Source: Thermodesulfobacteriota bacterium
GTDB lineage: Bacteria; Desulfobacterota; Desulfobulbia; Desulfobulbales; JBFMBH01
Direction: 5' to 3'
Assembly (NCBI GenBank): GCA_040755095.1
Contig: JBFMBH010000004.1
Coordinates: 12,968-76,967 of the forward strand
Length of the DNA: 64,000 nt
Shown here: piece by piece, positions 36,845-46,285 of the stretch
How the letters are laid out: each line of letters starts with the position of its first letter
Numbering within the stretch: position 1 is the first letter of the stretch
Position numbers and translations under genes: made by a program
Notes under the pieces: generated by a model
Databases searched by the model: none
Told to the model about the DNA's origin: nothing
The model's input: the letters and a program-made list of their open reading frames with translations, nothing else

Positions 36845-38169
36845 GGGGTCTCCTGGGTCAGCATGTGGAGGATCATCTCCCGGTCCGGCGCGGCCGGTCG
36901 CTCGGCCAGGTAGCTGTGGAAGGCCTCCCGGGCCTGGGCCGCTTCCCCCCGCTCCCGGAGAAGCAGGGCCTGGGCCCGATGGGCCTCCGCCGGATGGGTC
37001 GGGGCGGCGATGGCCTCGGTGTAGGCAGCCAAGGCCAGCGCCCGGTCCCCGGCCTGGTTGCGGAGCCGGTGCAGCTCGCCGGCCCCGAACCGGAGCCGGC
37101 CGGGGTCGGTGCCGGCCTGGGCCAGGCTGGACAGGAGGACCTCGGTGCGGCCGAATTGGCGCAGGTGCAGCTCGTCTTGCAAGAGGTCCAGCCAATGAGG
37201 AGCAAGGATGGCCTGGTAGCGCTCCTGCTCCAGACTGCCCTCCCGGCCGCCGGCCACCAGCCGGCCGGCCAGCTCATCCAGGGCCGCCAGGCGCTCCTCG
37301 GAAGGGGGGTGGGAATCGAACAGCATGAGGGAGAAAGTCTTGTCCTCGCCGGCATCCTTTTCGGCGATGACCTGCCGCCACAGGGCCGCAGCCTGGCGGG
37401 GATCGTATCCCGCCCGGGCCATGAGGGCCAGGCCGTAACCGTCCGCCTCCCGTTCCTGATCCCGGCTGTAGGCGGAAAGCCCGCCGGCGGCGGCGAGGGT
37501 CGCCAGATCACCGGCGACCCCCACCCCGGCCGCTGCGGCGGCCAGCCGCACAAAGGCCAGGACGTTGGTGGTGTTGACCACATCCCGCATCCGCTCCAGG
37601 GCATGCCGCCGGAGGTAGTGGCCGATCTCGTGCCCCAGTACCGAGGCCAGCTGGGCCTCGTTGTGCACCCGCAACAGCAGGCCGGACCAGACCACCAGGG
37701 CGCCGTTGGGGGCCATGGTCGCGTTGAAATACGGGACACGCAGGGCATAGACCCGGATGTCGGCGCAGTATTCCGGGGTCAGCCGGCAGACCACCTCCTG
37801 GAGATAGGCCGCCAGCTCCGGGTCGGTGATCCGGTTGCCCGCCTCCTTGTACTCCTCCTCGGTCCGGTCCATGACCATCCAGATCCCGGCCTCGTCCGTA
37901 GCCAGGGCCGGCCGCTGGCCAGGCTGCAGGCTGGCCAGCTCCCCGGGCGCCACCGCCGGCAGCGGCCACGGCCCCTGGCCGCCGGGTTGGGCCATGCCCT
38001 CCACCGGCGCGGCGTAGCGGGCCTGGCTGCTCACACAGCCCCCAGCCGCCAGGGCCACGAGCGCCAGGGCGAGCCAGCCGGTCCAGCTCCAGCCCCGCTG
38101 CTGCCGTGCCGGTCCCCCTCCGGGTGCTGCCATCGTCTTCACGTCGCCGCCTCCCGTGGCCCTGGTCAC
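36841..38169 (-). CDS. M48-family zinc metalloprotease with C-terminal TPR region (BepA-like)
   Basis: HEIGHYLRRH is the HExxH motif. The signal and lipobox read WLALALVALAAGGC. The C-terminal part is TPR-like helical. The true start may be the ATG at 38133. Confidence 0.85.
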   Translation of the reverse strand: MTRATGGGDVKTMAAPGGGPARQQRGWSWTGWLALALVALAAGGCVSSQARYAAPVEGMAQPGGQGPWPLPAVAPGELASLQPGQRPALATDEAGIWMVMDRTEEEYKEAGNRITDPELAAYLQEVVCRLTPEYCADIRVYALRVPYFNATMAPNGALVVWSGLLLRVHNEAQLASVLGHEIGHYLRRHALERMRDVVNTTNVLAFVRLAAAAAGVGVAGDLATLAAAGGLSAYSRDQEREADGYGLALMARAGYDPRQAAALWRQVIAEKDAGEDKTFSLMLFDSHPPSEERLAALDELAGRLVAGGREGSLEQERYQAILAPHWLDLLQDELHLRQFGRTEVLLSSLAQAGTDPGRLRFGAGELHRLRNQAGDRALALAAYTEAIAAPTHPAEAHRAQALLLRERGEAAQAREAFHSYLAERPAAPDREMILHMLTQETP

Positions 38170-38897
38170 GAGGCGGGAAAGTCGACCAGAAGCGCGGCCA
38201 CCGACTCGACAGCCGCTTCCTGGGTGCGCAGATCGCCGGCGCCCCGGAGCAGGCGGTTGAACCAGACGATCTCGCCGGTCTCCAGATCCACCAGGGAGGC
38301 AAAGCCCAGCTGCCGGCCGCCACCCACCGCCACGCCGGTCAAGGCCGCCACGGCCACCTGCATCACCACCCGGCCGGCACTGGCGTAGCTGTCCCGGACA
38401 TAGACGAACAAGGCATAGTCAGCGCCGTATCTGTCCTTGAGAAACGACGCCCCGGGGCCCAGGGACCAGTCGAAGCGGCCGGCCTTGTTGGGCAGGCGCA
38501 GGCCTTCCAGGTAGTGATGCCTCAGGATCGTGGTGCCGACCGCGCTGTGGAGCTGGATGATCTGGCTGCGGCGCTCCCGCTCGGCTGCGGTGAGCGCCAC
38601 CGCCTGGCCGCCCGGATCGGCCAGCAAGGTGATGCCGCAACCGGCGAAACGCTCATTGAAGGCCCGTTCCATGAAGCCCTTGGCATCCTGGGTCCAGGCC
38701 GCATTGGGCTCCTCCACCCCGCCAGCGTTCAAGAGGCTCAGCTCCACATCGAGGGGCATGAGCAGCACCTTCTTGCCTGCCTGCCGCAAGGACAGGTCCG
38801 GGAAGGGCTTGCAGACGGTGCTCGGCACACAGCCTGCCAGAAGCACCAGGAGCAGAGGGATGATGGCGAGCGAACAAACGCCTCGTTTTCGGTCCAT
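38166..38897 (-). CDS. lipoprotein, unknown function
   Basis: MDRKRGVCSLAIIPLLLVLLAGC is a lipobox signal. The product is 243 aa. Its stop overlaps the M48 ORF start by 4 nt. Confidence 0.75.
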   Translation of the reverse strand: MDRKRGVCSLAIIPLLLVLLAGCVPSTVCKPFPDLSLRQAGKKVLLMPLDVELSLLNAGGVEEPNAAWTQDAKGFMERAFNERFAGCGITLLADPGGQAVALTAAERERRSQIIQLHSAVGTTILRHHYLEGLRLPNKAGRFDWSLGPGASFLKDRYGADYALFVYVRDSYASAGRVVMQVAVAALTGVAVGGGRQLGFASLVDLETGEIVWFNRLLRGAGDLRTQEAAVESVAALLVDFPAS

Positions 38898-38982
38898 GGC
38901 ACGATGGGGGCAGTCTTAGGAATGGAGCCGCGGTGCGGCCGGAGAGCACCAGGCCGCGAAGCCCTGGCATCAACAGCTGATC

Positions 38983-39011
38983 CTTATAGCGAATACCTGG
39001 CGCCGATGCAA
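38983..39011 (-). promoter_or_regulatory. sigma-70-like promoter (TTGCAT-N17-TATAAG) for the lipoprotein-M48-lipoprotein operon
   Basis: The minus strand reads TTGCATcggcgccaggtattcgcTATAAG, about 85 nt upstream of the start at 38897. Confidence 0.5.
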
Positions 39012-39047
39012 CGGAAAAGCCGTCGGTCCGGCCCCATCTGGCAGGAT

Positions 39048-39905
39048 TCACCAGGGGGGCGGCCCGGCAGTCCGGCGGGCCGCCAGTCGGGCCTTGAGAC
39101 GGGCCACGGTGGATGGATCCGGCAGGATCGGCCGCAGCGGCTGGCCGGGGGCCGGCATAGGCGGGCAGGTGACGAGCGGCGTCGCCGCGCGGTGGCGGTT
39201 GTAGGCCTCCACCAGCAAGGCCTCCAGATTGACGGTATCCTCGATGTTGTAGGCCAGGAGGGTGTCCAGGGCGGCTCGGCAGCCGCTGCGCTGGAATTCC
39301 TGCCAGAGGAGCACCGCAGCATAGCCGTCCAGGCCGTCGAGAGGCCCGCGGTCGAGTCCCAGCGACCGCTCGCAGGCCTTGAGCCCGCCTTTGAGCCCCA
39401 GAGCCCGGAGCACCGAGACCAGATCGATCTGGGCCTGGGGCAGCGCCAGGCCCAGCTGGGCCCGCAGCACCGGCACATCGAAACGCCGGCCGTTGAAGGT
39501 GACGAGCACGTCGTAGCCGGCCAGCTCCGCGGCCAGCTGGTCCAGGTTGCGGCCACGCACATACCAGGACACGGCCGCCCCGTCGAAGACCGCCACCGTG
39601 GTGACCTGGTTGGCGGCGTCACCGGTGGTCTCGATATCGAGATAGCCGGTCCGGGGCCGGAAATGGGGAAAGAGCCGCCAGTGCTGGCCCGGCGGCAGGA
39701 GCCGCTCGAAGAAGACGGCATCCCCTGCCGCCAGAGCCTGGCGGCAGGCGTCGATCTCAGTGACCAAGCGGACCATGGTCCCCGGGGCAAAAAAGCGCTC
39801 ACCCCGAGCCAGAAGGTCATCCCAGCAATGGACGCCCGCTGACCACAGCCGGCGCTCGGTCTTGACACCGATGCCGGTCAGGAGCAGGAAGGACTGTTCC
39901 AGCAT
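39048..39905 (-). CDS. RNase H-like (YprB/exonuclease-fold) domain protein
   Basis: MLEQSFLLLTGIGVKTERRLW...GYLDIETTG...VTFNGRRFDVPVL...AYNIEDT resembles a DEDD-like exonuclease pattern. An RBS GGGAGGGAGG precedes the ATG at 39905. The longer ORF to 40460 is antisense to the TM2 gene and is rejected. Confidence 0.75.
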   Translation of the reverse strand: MLEQSFLLLTGIGVKTERRLWSAGVHCWDDLLARGERFFAPGTMVRLVTEIDACRQALAAGDAVFFERLLPPGQHWRLFPHFRPRTGYLDIETTGDAANQVTTVAVFDGAAVSWYVRGRNLDQLAAELAGYDVLVTFNGRRFDVPVLRAQLGLALPQAQIDLVSVLRALGLKGGLKACERSLGLDRGPLDGLDGYAAVLLWQEFQRSGCRAALDTLLAYNIEDTVNLEALLVEAYNRHRAATPLVTCPPMPAPGQPLRPILPDPSTVARLKARLAARRTAGPPPW

Positions 39906-40067
39906 GCCGTGACCTCCCTCCCCCTGCACATACCGGCCCCGGTGCGGCTGCTGTCTCGCGGCAGCCAGGTCTTGCAGGCGCAGACCGATTTCCCGTATGG
40001 TGGTGGCTGTCCGCAGGCAAGCGCCAGACCGAGGGGCACCACCCGGCGACAGGAGGACACCGGTCCC

Positions 40068-40475
40068 ATGCATCCTTTTCCCAGCACCCACAGCGTCACC
40101 ATCGGCTACATCCTCTGGATCTTCGGCTTCACCGGCTCGCACCGCTTCTACTACGGCAGGCCCATCTCCGGTACGGTCTGGTTTTTTACCTTGGGCCTTC
40201 TGGGCATCGGCTGGCTGGTGGACCTGTTCCTTATTCCCGCCATGGACCGGCAGGCGGACCTGCGCTTTGTGCCCGGGCCCATCGACTACACGGTGGCCTG
40301 GATTCTCCTCACCTTTCTGGGCCTGTTCGGGGCGCACCGGATCTACATCGGCAAATGGCCAAGCGGTATCCTGTATCTTCTCACCTGTGGCCTGTTCGGG
40401 ATCGGGGTCATCTATGACTTCTGGACCCTCAACAGCCAGATCAGCCTCAAGAACAGCCAAGGGAGCCTGCGATGA
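40068..40475 (+). CDS. TM2 domain-containing membrane protein
   Basis: 135 aa with two repeats of the GxHRFYxGxxxxG TM2 pattern (GSHRFYYGRPISG and GAHRIYIGKWPSG) in hydrophobic segments. Confidence 0.8.
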   Translation: MHPFPSTHSVTIGYILWIFGFTGSHRFYYGRPISGTVWFFTLGLLGIGWLVDLFLIPAMDRQADLRFVPGPIDYTVAWILLTFLGLFGAHRIYIGKWPSGILYLLTCGLFGIGVIYDFWTLNSQISLKNSQGSLR

Positions 40476-42503
40476 TGTCAGAGAGCCTGCCGCCGTCCCC
40501 TGAGAAAGCTGTCCATGCCGCCGGCCGCGACCTCATGGACAGCCTGCGCGCCGAGGACATCCTGGCCGCCATGGGCGATCCGGTAAGCATCCAGGATACC
40601 AGCCTGGTCATCCGGTACCAGAACCCCGCCCACCAGGCCCTGGTCGGCGATCACCGGGGAGAGCCCTGCTTTGTCGCGTACGAGGGACAGGATCACCCCT
40701 GCGACCGCTGCCCGCTTCTGGCCGCCTTCCGGGATGGACAAACCCATCTCTGCGAGCGCACAGGCCGCGGGTCCCAGGGCGAGGCCGTCATCGAGATCAC
40801 CGCCTCGCCCCTCCGGGACAGCCAGGGACGCATCGTGGCGGGCATCGAGGTCTGCCGGGACATCACAGTCCGGCGCCGCGAAGAACAGGCCTTGCGCCAG
40901 GCCCACAGCCAGGCGGTCGAGGACCGGCGCCGTCTGGGCGCTGTCCTGGAGCACAGCCCAGACACCGTGGCCATCCTGGATGCCAGCGGCCGGATCGTCT
41001 ACCTCAATGACAGCGGCCGCCGGCTCCTCGGTCTGGACACCGTGGAATCAGGACTGGGACGCCCCTTTGCCGACCTGATCCCGGCCAGTGACCACTCCCT
41101 GTTCACCAACTCCATCCTGCCGATCCTGCACCGCCGTGGTGAGTACCGGGGAGAGCTCCGGATCCAGCATCTGGCCAGCAGCCGGCCAGTGCCGGTGGAG
41201 ATGACCGCTTTCCGGTTGGACGAAGCAGGCTCGGCCGCTCTCAGCATCCGGGAGATCACCGAACGGCTCCGCCAGCAGGTGGCCCTGCAGGAGGCCAGAA
41301 GCAAGGCGGACGCGGCCCTCGCGGCCAAGAGCCAGTTCCTGGCCAACATCAGCCACGAGATCCGAACGCCCTTGAACGGCATCGTTGGCATGCTGGCCAT
41401 CGCCCTGGGCAGCGACCTGCCGGCAGACATCCGCCGCCACCTGGACATGGCCCGGGACTCGGCGGACCGCCTGGTGGGCATCGTGGGCGACGTCCTGGAC
41501 TTCTCCCGGATCGAGGCCCGGCAGCTGCGGCTGGCAGACCAGCCCTTCCAGCTGCGGGCCCTTCTGGAAAGGACGATGCCGATCTTCGCCGTGCAGGCCC
41601 GGGCCAAGGGGCTGGACCTGTCCTGGCAGATCGACAGCGACGTGCCCGACCTGCTGCAGGGGGATGGCGAGCGCCTGCGTCAGATCCTGGTCAACCTCCT
41701 GGCCAACGCCGTCAAGTTCACCAAGACCGGTTCCGTCGCCGTCCGGATCAGCACCGAGATGCTGGACCTCGAGAAGGTGCTCCTGCATGTGACGGTGCAG
41801 GATACCGGTGTCGGCATCCCCCGCAAGGAGCTGGATGGGATCTTCGAGCCTTTCAGCCAGGCGGACGGCTCCCACACCCGGCGCTACGGCGGCGCCGGTC
41901 TGGGCCTCGCCATCGCCTCCCGGCTGGTGGCCCTCATGGAGGGACACATCTGGGTGGAGAGCGTCCCGGCCAAGGGCTCCACCTTCCACTTCACCGCGCT
42001 CTTTCCATATCAGCCCAGCGTACAAGCCGCCCCCCCCCCCCAGCGCCACGCCTGTTGCTCCCCGGGAAGCCGGCGCCAGCCCGCCAGCCGCCACAGCCAC
42101 CGTACCGGCACCGCCCCCCCGGCAGGCCCGCATCCTCTTGGCCGAGGACGACGAGGTCAATCAGGCCCTGGCGGTCACCGTTCTGGAGCAGGCCGGCTGG
42201 CTGGTCACCGCGGTGGCCAACGGCCAGGAGGCGCTGGCCGCCCTGGAGGCCCAGGGCTTCGATCTGGTGCTCATGGATCTGCAGATGCCGGTCATGGACG
42301 GGCTGGCGGCGGTACACCGCCTGCGGCAGCGGGAGAAGGTCGCCGGCGGGCATCTGCCGGTGGTGGCCATGACCGCCCACGCCATGAAGGGGGACCGGGA
42401 GCGCTGCCTGGCCGCCGGCATGGACGACTACCTCGCCAAGCCCATCGGCATCGCCGACCTGGTGGCCATGGTCCGCCGCTACCTGCCGCCGCAGGCCCAG
42501 TAG
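40472..42503 (+). CDS. hybrid sensor histidine kinase/response regulator (2 PAS + HisKA + HATPase + REC), frame broken at a C12 tract
   Basis: The H-box is FLANISHEIRTPLNGIVGM and the G-boxes are GGAGLGLAI. After 42030-42041 the receiver domain (ILLAEDDEVNQ...DLVLMDLQMPVMDG...LAKPI) continues in another frame, that of ORF 41808..42503. Eleven Cs would give a single ~676-aa ORF. The ATG overlaps the TM2 gene stop (ATGA). Confidence 0.8.
42030..42041 (+). repeat. homopolymeric C12 tract
   Basis: Twelve consecutive C residues were counted directly in ...caagccg-CCCCCCCCCCCC-agcgcc. The tract lies in the Pro-rich linker between the kinase core and the receiver domain. Confidence 0.95.
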
Positions 42504-42504
42504 C

Positions 42505-43338
42505 TCAGCGGCCCTCGCCAGTGTCGCCCCGGATGGGCAGCTCGGCCAGGGCCGCCTCGACGCCGGCGCGGACGTCGTCGGCCCGGCGGGAGTCGCTGTT
42601 GAACCAGCGGCCGTCGTCGTACCAGAGGAGCCGGCCGCTGGCGGCCTCCAGCCAGTAGATCTGGACCGCCAGGCCCCGGGGCACCGTGGTGCCGGCGGCA
42701 AAGCCCGGACCGCCCAGCCCGCCGCCGTCCGATGGCCGGTACGGAGGAAACTGGATCTGCCCGCAGGGGGGAAACTCGAAACGGCCGTCGCAGCCCACCA
42801 CCACCGCCGCCACCAGGCTGCCGGCGCCGCCGGCCAGGGAGCGGACCAGATCCGGCGCCACCCCGCGATCGGTCGTGCGCCGGCCCTCGTTCTTCTCGTG
42901 CAGCCGCACCCCGCGGCCGATGGCATCCAGGGCCTGAAGAAGCTGGCCCGCCCCGGCGGCGCGGTGCTCCTCCGCCGCCAGCTCGGCGCCCGCCGCAAGC
43001 CCCGGGTACTCCCGCGGCTCGGCCAGACGCACCGTCCAGCCCCGCTGGCCAAAGCCTGCGGCCAGCACCTCCGCCACCCAGGCCGCCAGGCCTTGGCTGG
43101 CCTCGGCATCCACCAGGGCCTCGCGGCTGAACAGCTCGTTTTCATAGACCGAGGCCAGGGGCCAGAGCACCAGCACCGGCTCGGCGCTGCCGAGGGCTGC
43201 CGCCAGGTCGGGGTGCCGGACGCTATCCGGGCCGCTGGCGCAGCTGGCCAGGGCCAGGGCAGCGGCCACAAGGCTAGTCCTGGCGGCCGTAGGTGTCTTC
43301 CAGGCGGACGATATCGTCTTCGCCCAGGTACGACCCAT
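42505..43338 (-). CDS. lipoprotein, unknown function
   Basis: The lipobox is LVAAALALASC. The body looks like coding sequence (...VLVLWPLASVYENELFS...). The start is uncertain: the ATG at 43338 overlaps the manC 3' end by 65 nt, and an alternative GTG lies near 43264. Confidence 0.6.
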   Translation of the reverse strand: MGRTWAKTISSAWKTPTAARTSLVAAALALASCASGPDSVRHPDLAAALGSAEPVLVLWPLASVYENELFSREALVDAEASQGLAAWVAEVLAAGFGQRGWTVRLAEPREYPGLAAGAELAAEEHRAAGAGQLLQALDAIGRGVRLHEKNEGRRTTDRGVAPDLVRSLAGGAGSLVAAVVVGCDGRFEFPPCGQIQFPPYRPSDGGGLGGPGFAAGTTVPRGLAVQIYWLEAASGRLLWYDDGRWFNSDSRRADDVRAGVEAALAELPIRGDTGEGR

Positions 43339-44680
43339 TTTGCACCTCGATAAGCTCCAGGGGGATCTTGCCCGGGTTCTCCAGCCGGTGGCGCTCGTTG
43401 GCCGGGATGTACGTGGACTGGTTCTCCACCAGAAGGAAGGTGTCGTCTCCCCGGACGATGCGGGCCGTGCCCCGCACCACCACCCAGTGCTCGGAGCGGT
43501 GATGGTGCATCTGCAACGACAGCTTGGCCCCCGGATTGACGGTGATGCGCTTGATCTTGAAGCGGGGCTGCTCCTCCAATAGGGTGTAGCTGCCCCAGGG
43601 CCGGTAGACCGTGCGGTGCAGGCGGTATTCCTCCCGGTTCTTGGCCTTGAGGCGGGGCACGATCTTCTTCACATCCTGGGAGCGGTCCAGGGGCGCCACC
43701 AGCACCGCGTCGCCGGTCTCCACCACCAGGGTGTCCGCAAGGCCCACCGCAGCCACCAGGGCGTGCTCGGCCCGGATCAGGCAATTGTGTGCCCCTTCCA
43801 GCATGACGTCGCCCACCACCACATTGCCGTCTCCATCCTTGGGGGAGACCTCCCAGAGGGCCTGCCAGGAGCCGATATCGCTCCAGCCGAGATCGGCCGG
43901 CACCACCGCCACCTGGTCGGATTTCTCCATGAGGCAGTAGTCGATGGAGTCCGAGGGACAGTCGGTCATGGCCTGGCGGTCCAGATGGAAGAAGGTGCCG
44001 TCGGCCCGGCCGGCCGCCACCGCCATCTCCATCTGGGAGAGGACCTGCGGCGCGTGCCGGGCCAGCTCCTGGCGCAGGGTGGGCAGGGAGAAGGCAAACA
44101 TGCCGCTGTTCCAGAAGTAGGTGCCAGCGGCCAGGTAGGCCTCGGCCGTCGGCCGGTCCGGCTTCTCCACAAAGGAGCGCACCCGGTGTCCCTCGCCGGC
44201 CTCGATATAGCCGTAGCCGGTCTCCGGTGCGGTGGGCCGGATGCCGAAGGTGACCAGGAGCCCCTGCTCGGCCAAGGCGGTTGCCTGGCGCACCGCGTCC
44301 CGGAAGGCCGCCTCATCCCGCAGCAGGTGATCGGCGGGCAGCACCAGGAGGGTGGAGGTCGGGTCCCGGTGAGCCGCTACCCAGTGGGCCGCGGCACAGA
44401 CCGCGGGCCCGGTGTTGCGGCCTACCGGCTCCAGGAGGATGGTCACCCCTTTGTCCAGCGCCAGCTCCTCGATCTGGCGCTGGACCAGAAAGCGGTGCTC
44501 CTGGCCGACGATGACGATGGGCGGTGCCGCCGCCAGGCCGTCCAGGCGCAGGATGGTGGCTTGCAGGAGGGAGCGCTCCTGGGACAGGCTCAAGAGCTGC
44601 TTGGGATAAAGCTCCCGGGACAGGGGCCACAGCCGGGAGCCGGTGCCGCCGGCCAGAATCACGGGCTGAATGACGCTCAT
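43274..44680 (-). CDS. manC: mannose-1-phosphate guanylyltransferase / mannose-6-phosphate isomerase
   Basis: MSVIQPVILAGGTGSRLWPLSR... is the N-terminal nucleotidyltransferase. The C-terminal cupin reads QMHHHRSEHWVVVRGTA. 468 aa. Confidence 0.92.
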   Translation of the reverse strand: MSVIQPVILAGGTGSRLWPLSRELYPKQLLSLSQERSLLQATILRLDGLAAAPPIVIVGQEHRFLVQRQIEELALDKGVTILLEPVGRNTGPAVCAAAHWVAAHRDPTSTLLVLPADHLLRDEAAFRDAVRQATALAEQGLLVTFGIRPTAPETGYGYIEAGEGHRVRSFVEKPDRPTAEAYLAAGTYFWNSGMFAFSLPTLRQELARHAPQVLSQMEMAVAAGRADGTFFHLDRQAMTDCPSDSIDYCLMEKSDQVAVVPADLGWSDIGSWQALWEVSPKDGDGNVVVGDVMLEGAHNCLIRAEHALVAAVGLADTLVVETGDAVLVAPLDRSQDVKKIVPRLKAKNREEYRLHRTVYRPWGSYTLLEEQPRFKIKRITVNPGAKLSLQMHHHRSEHWVVVRGTARIVRGDDTFLLVENQSTYIPANERHRLENPGKIPLELIEVQNGSYLGEDDIVRLEDTYGRQD

Positions 44681-44698
44681 GGGGGGGGCCTCAAATGG

Positions 44699-44727
44699 GG
44701 AGGGGCGACCCGGCGGGTCGCCCCTCC
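44699..44727 (-). terminator. GC-rich hairpin between the mltD-like gene and manC (weak terminator or attenuator)
   Basis: A perfect 13-bp stem GGAGGGGCGACCC-ggc-GGGTCGCCCCTCC. The downstream U-run on the minus strand is poor (CCAUUUGAGG). Confidence 0.4.
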
Positions 44728-44754
44728 GCTGTCTGAATGACCTTTGACAATGGA

Positions 44755-46122
44755 TCAGGTACCGCCGGCGGCGGTCTTGCCCTTGCGGCTGCTGCCGGCC
44801 TTGGCCTTGGCCGCCCCTTCGGCGGCGGGGATGCGCAGCTCCTGGCCCGGGAAGATCCGGTCGGCGGATTGGAGGTTGTTGGCCAGCAGGATGGCGCCGG
44901 CGGGCAGGTTGTGACGCCGGGCCACCGCGGACAGGGTGTCCCCGCGGCGCACCCGGTAGACCAGGGCCGGCCGGCCCTTGGCCGGCTCGGGCGCGGCGGC
45001 GGCCAGCACCGGTCCGGCAGCCTTGGCGCCGGCGGGCAGCCGCAGGCGGTATCCTGCCGGGATGCGGCGCCCGCCGTCCCGGACCGGTTTCAGAAGGGCC
45101 GGGTTGAGATCCGCCAGGGTGTCGGCGCTGACCCCGTAGCGCCGGCAGGCGTCGGCAAAGCGCAGTCCAGCCGGCACCGTCAGCTCCCGGCAGCCCTTTT
45201 CCGGGCTTTCGAGGCGCAGCTCACCGAAATAGCGGCGAAAATCCTTGGCGACCTCCCGGGCCGCCAGAAACTCGCTGTAGAAGTTGCGGGATGCGAACTT
45301 GAAGAGCGGCCCGTTGTATTCCCGGAAGATGGTGGGATAATCGCCCTTCTCGGCCTTGGCCCGCCGCATGCCACCGGCGCCGTGGTTGTACGCGGTCAGG
45401 GCCAGCGGCCAGTCCCCCAGGGCCTCGTGGTTCTCCTTGAGCAGACGGGCCGCGGCATGGCTGGCCCGGATGGGGTCGTAGCGCTCGTCCACCGCGCTGC
45501 CGATGCGCAAGAACCGGCTGCCGGTGCTGCGGGTGAACTGCCAGACCCCGGCAGCGCCCGCCTTGCTGCCGGCTCGGATCTGGAAGGAGGATTCCACATG
45601 GGGCAGATAGGCGAGATCCTCCGGCAGTCCCTGGCTGCGGAAGATGCCCTTCATCTCCGCCAGATAGGCGCCGGAACGGATGAGCCCTTCCCGGAAGCGG
45701 TCCGCCTGGCCCCGCTGCCAACGGATGTTGCCGGCAGCCGCCTGCAGGCGGGCCGCGGGGAGATCGGCAGCAAACAGACCCCGCACCCGCCGCTCCTCGG
45801 CAGTGGCTGGCGGCCGGCCGGCGGCCAGGCCCTGGACAATTGCTTTGTATTTCTCCAGGGCTTCCTTTATGCTGTCCCTGTTGGCCTGACCGATATCGTC
45901 CCCCACTGGCCCCAGGTCCATCACCTCGTAGACGATGGACAAGTCGGTGGCGTCGTGCAGGATGGCCTGGCCGGTGGTATAGCGGCTGTAGACGTCCTTC
46001 CAGAAGGCAACGTTGGGGGCGATGCAGTCGAAAAGGGGAAACTCCTCCGCCGGACAAGGGACCGCGGCAGTCAACAGGACAGCAATCGCCAGCAGCAGGC
46101 GGCGGATCCCTGGAATGGCCAT
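44755..46122 (-). CDS. lytic transglycosylase with C-terminal LysM domains (MltD-like)
   Basis: A signal peptide is followed by an SLT catalytic region (LPHVESSFQIRAGSKAGAAGVWQFTRSTG). There are two LysM-like repeats, including YRVRRGDTLSAVARRHN. Confidence 0.85.
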   Translation of the reverse strand: MAIPGIRRLLLAIAVLLTAAVPCPAEEFPLFDCIAPNVAFWKDVYSRYTTGQAILHDATDLSIVYEVMDLGPVGDDIGQANRDSIKEALEKYKAIVQGLAAGRPPATAEERRVRGLFAADLPAARLQAAAGNIRWQRGQADRFREGLIRSGAYLAEMKGIFRSQGLPEDLAYLPHVESSFQIRAGSKAGAAGVWQFTRSTGSRFLRIGSAVDERYDPIRASHAAARLLKENHEALGDWPLALTAYNHGAGGMRRAKAEKGDYPTIFREYNGPLFKFASRNFYSEFLAAREVAKDFRRYFGELRLESPEKGCRELTVPAGLRFADACRRYGVSADTLADLNPALLKPVRDGGRRIPAGYRLRLPAGAKAAGPVLAAAAPEPAKGRPALVYRVRRGDTLSAVARRHNLPAGAILLANNLQSADRIFPGQELRIPAAEGAAKAKAGSSRKGKTAAGGT

Positions 46123-46285
46123 GACAGGGGTCTCTCAGGCTCAGGTGGGCATGGGGCGCCGCGGCGTGCGCCGGCAGCTTCCAAGGTGCCGACAGGGTAA
46201 CACAGCCGCCGGCCGGAATCAATCGCCGCCGGCCGGCTTGGCTGCCGGCCGGCGGCCCTGAGACGATTGAGGAATCAACGTATTC

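Noticed and set aside
39906-40460. Long N-terminal extension of the RNase H-like ORF (39048..40460).
   Set aside because: It is antisense to the well-supported TM2-domain gene. The internal ATG at 39905 has a strong RBS, and homology begins there.
42504-42658. C-terminal extension of ORF 40472..42658 as a genuine domain of the histidine kinase.
   Set aside because: After the C12 tract the translation becomes RGRRGQSGPGGHRSGAGR-type nonsense. An alternative frame encodes a textbook receiver domain ending at 42503.
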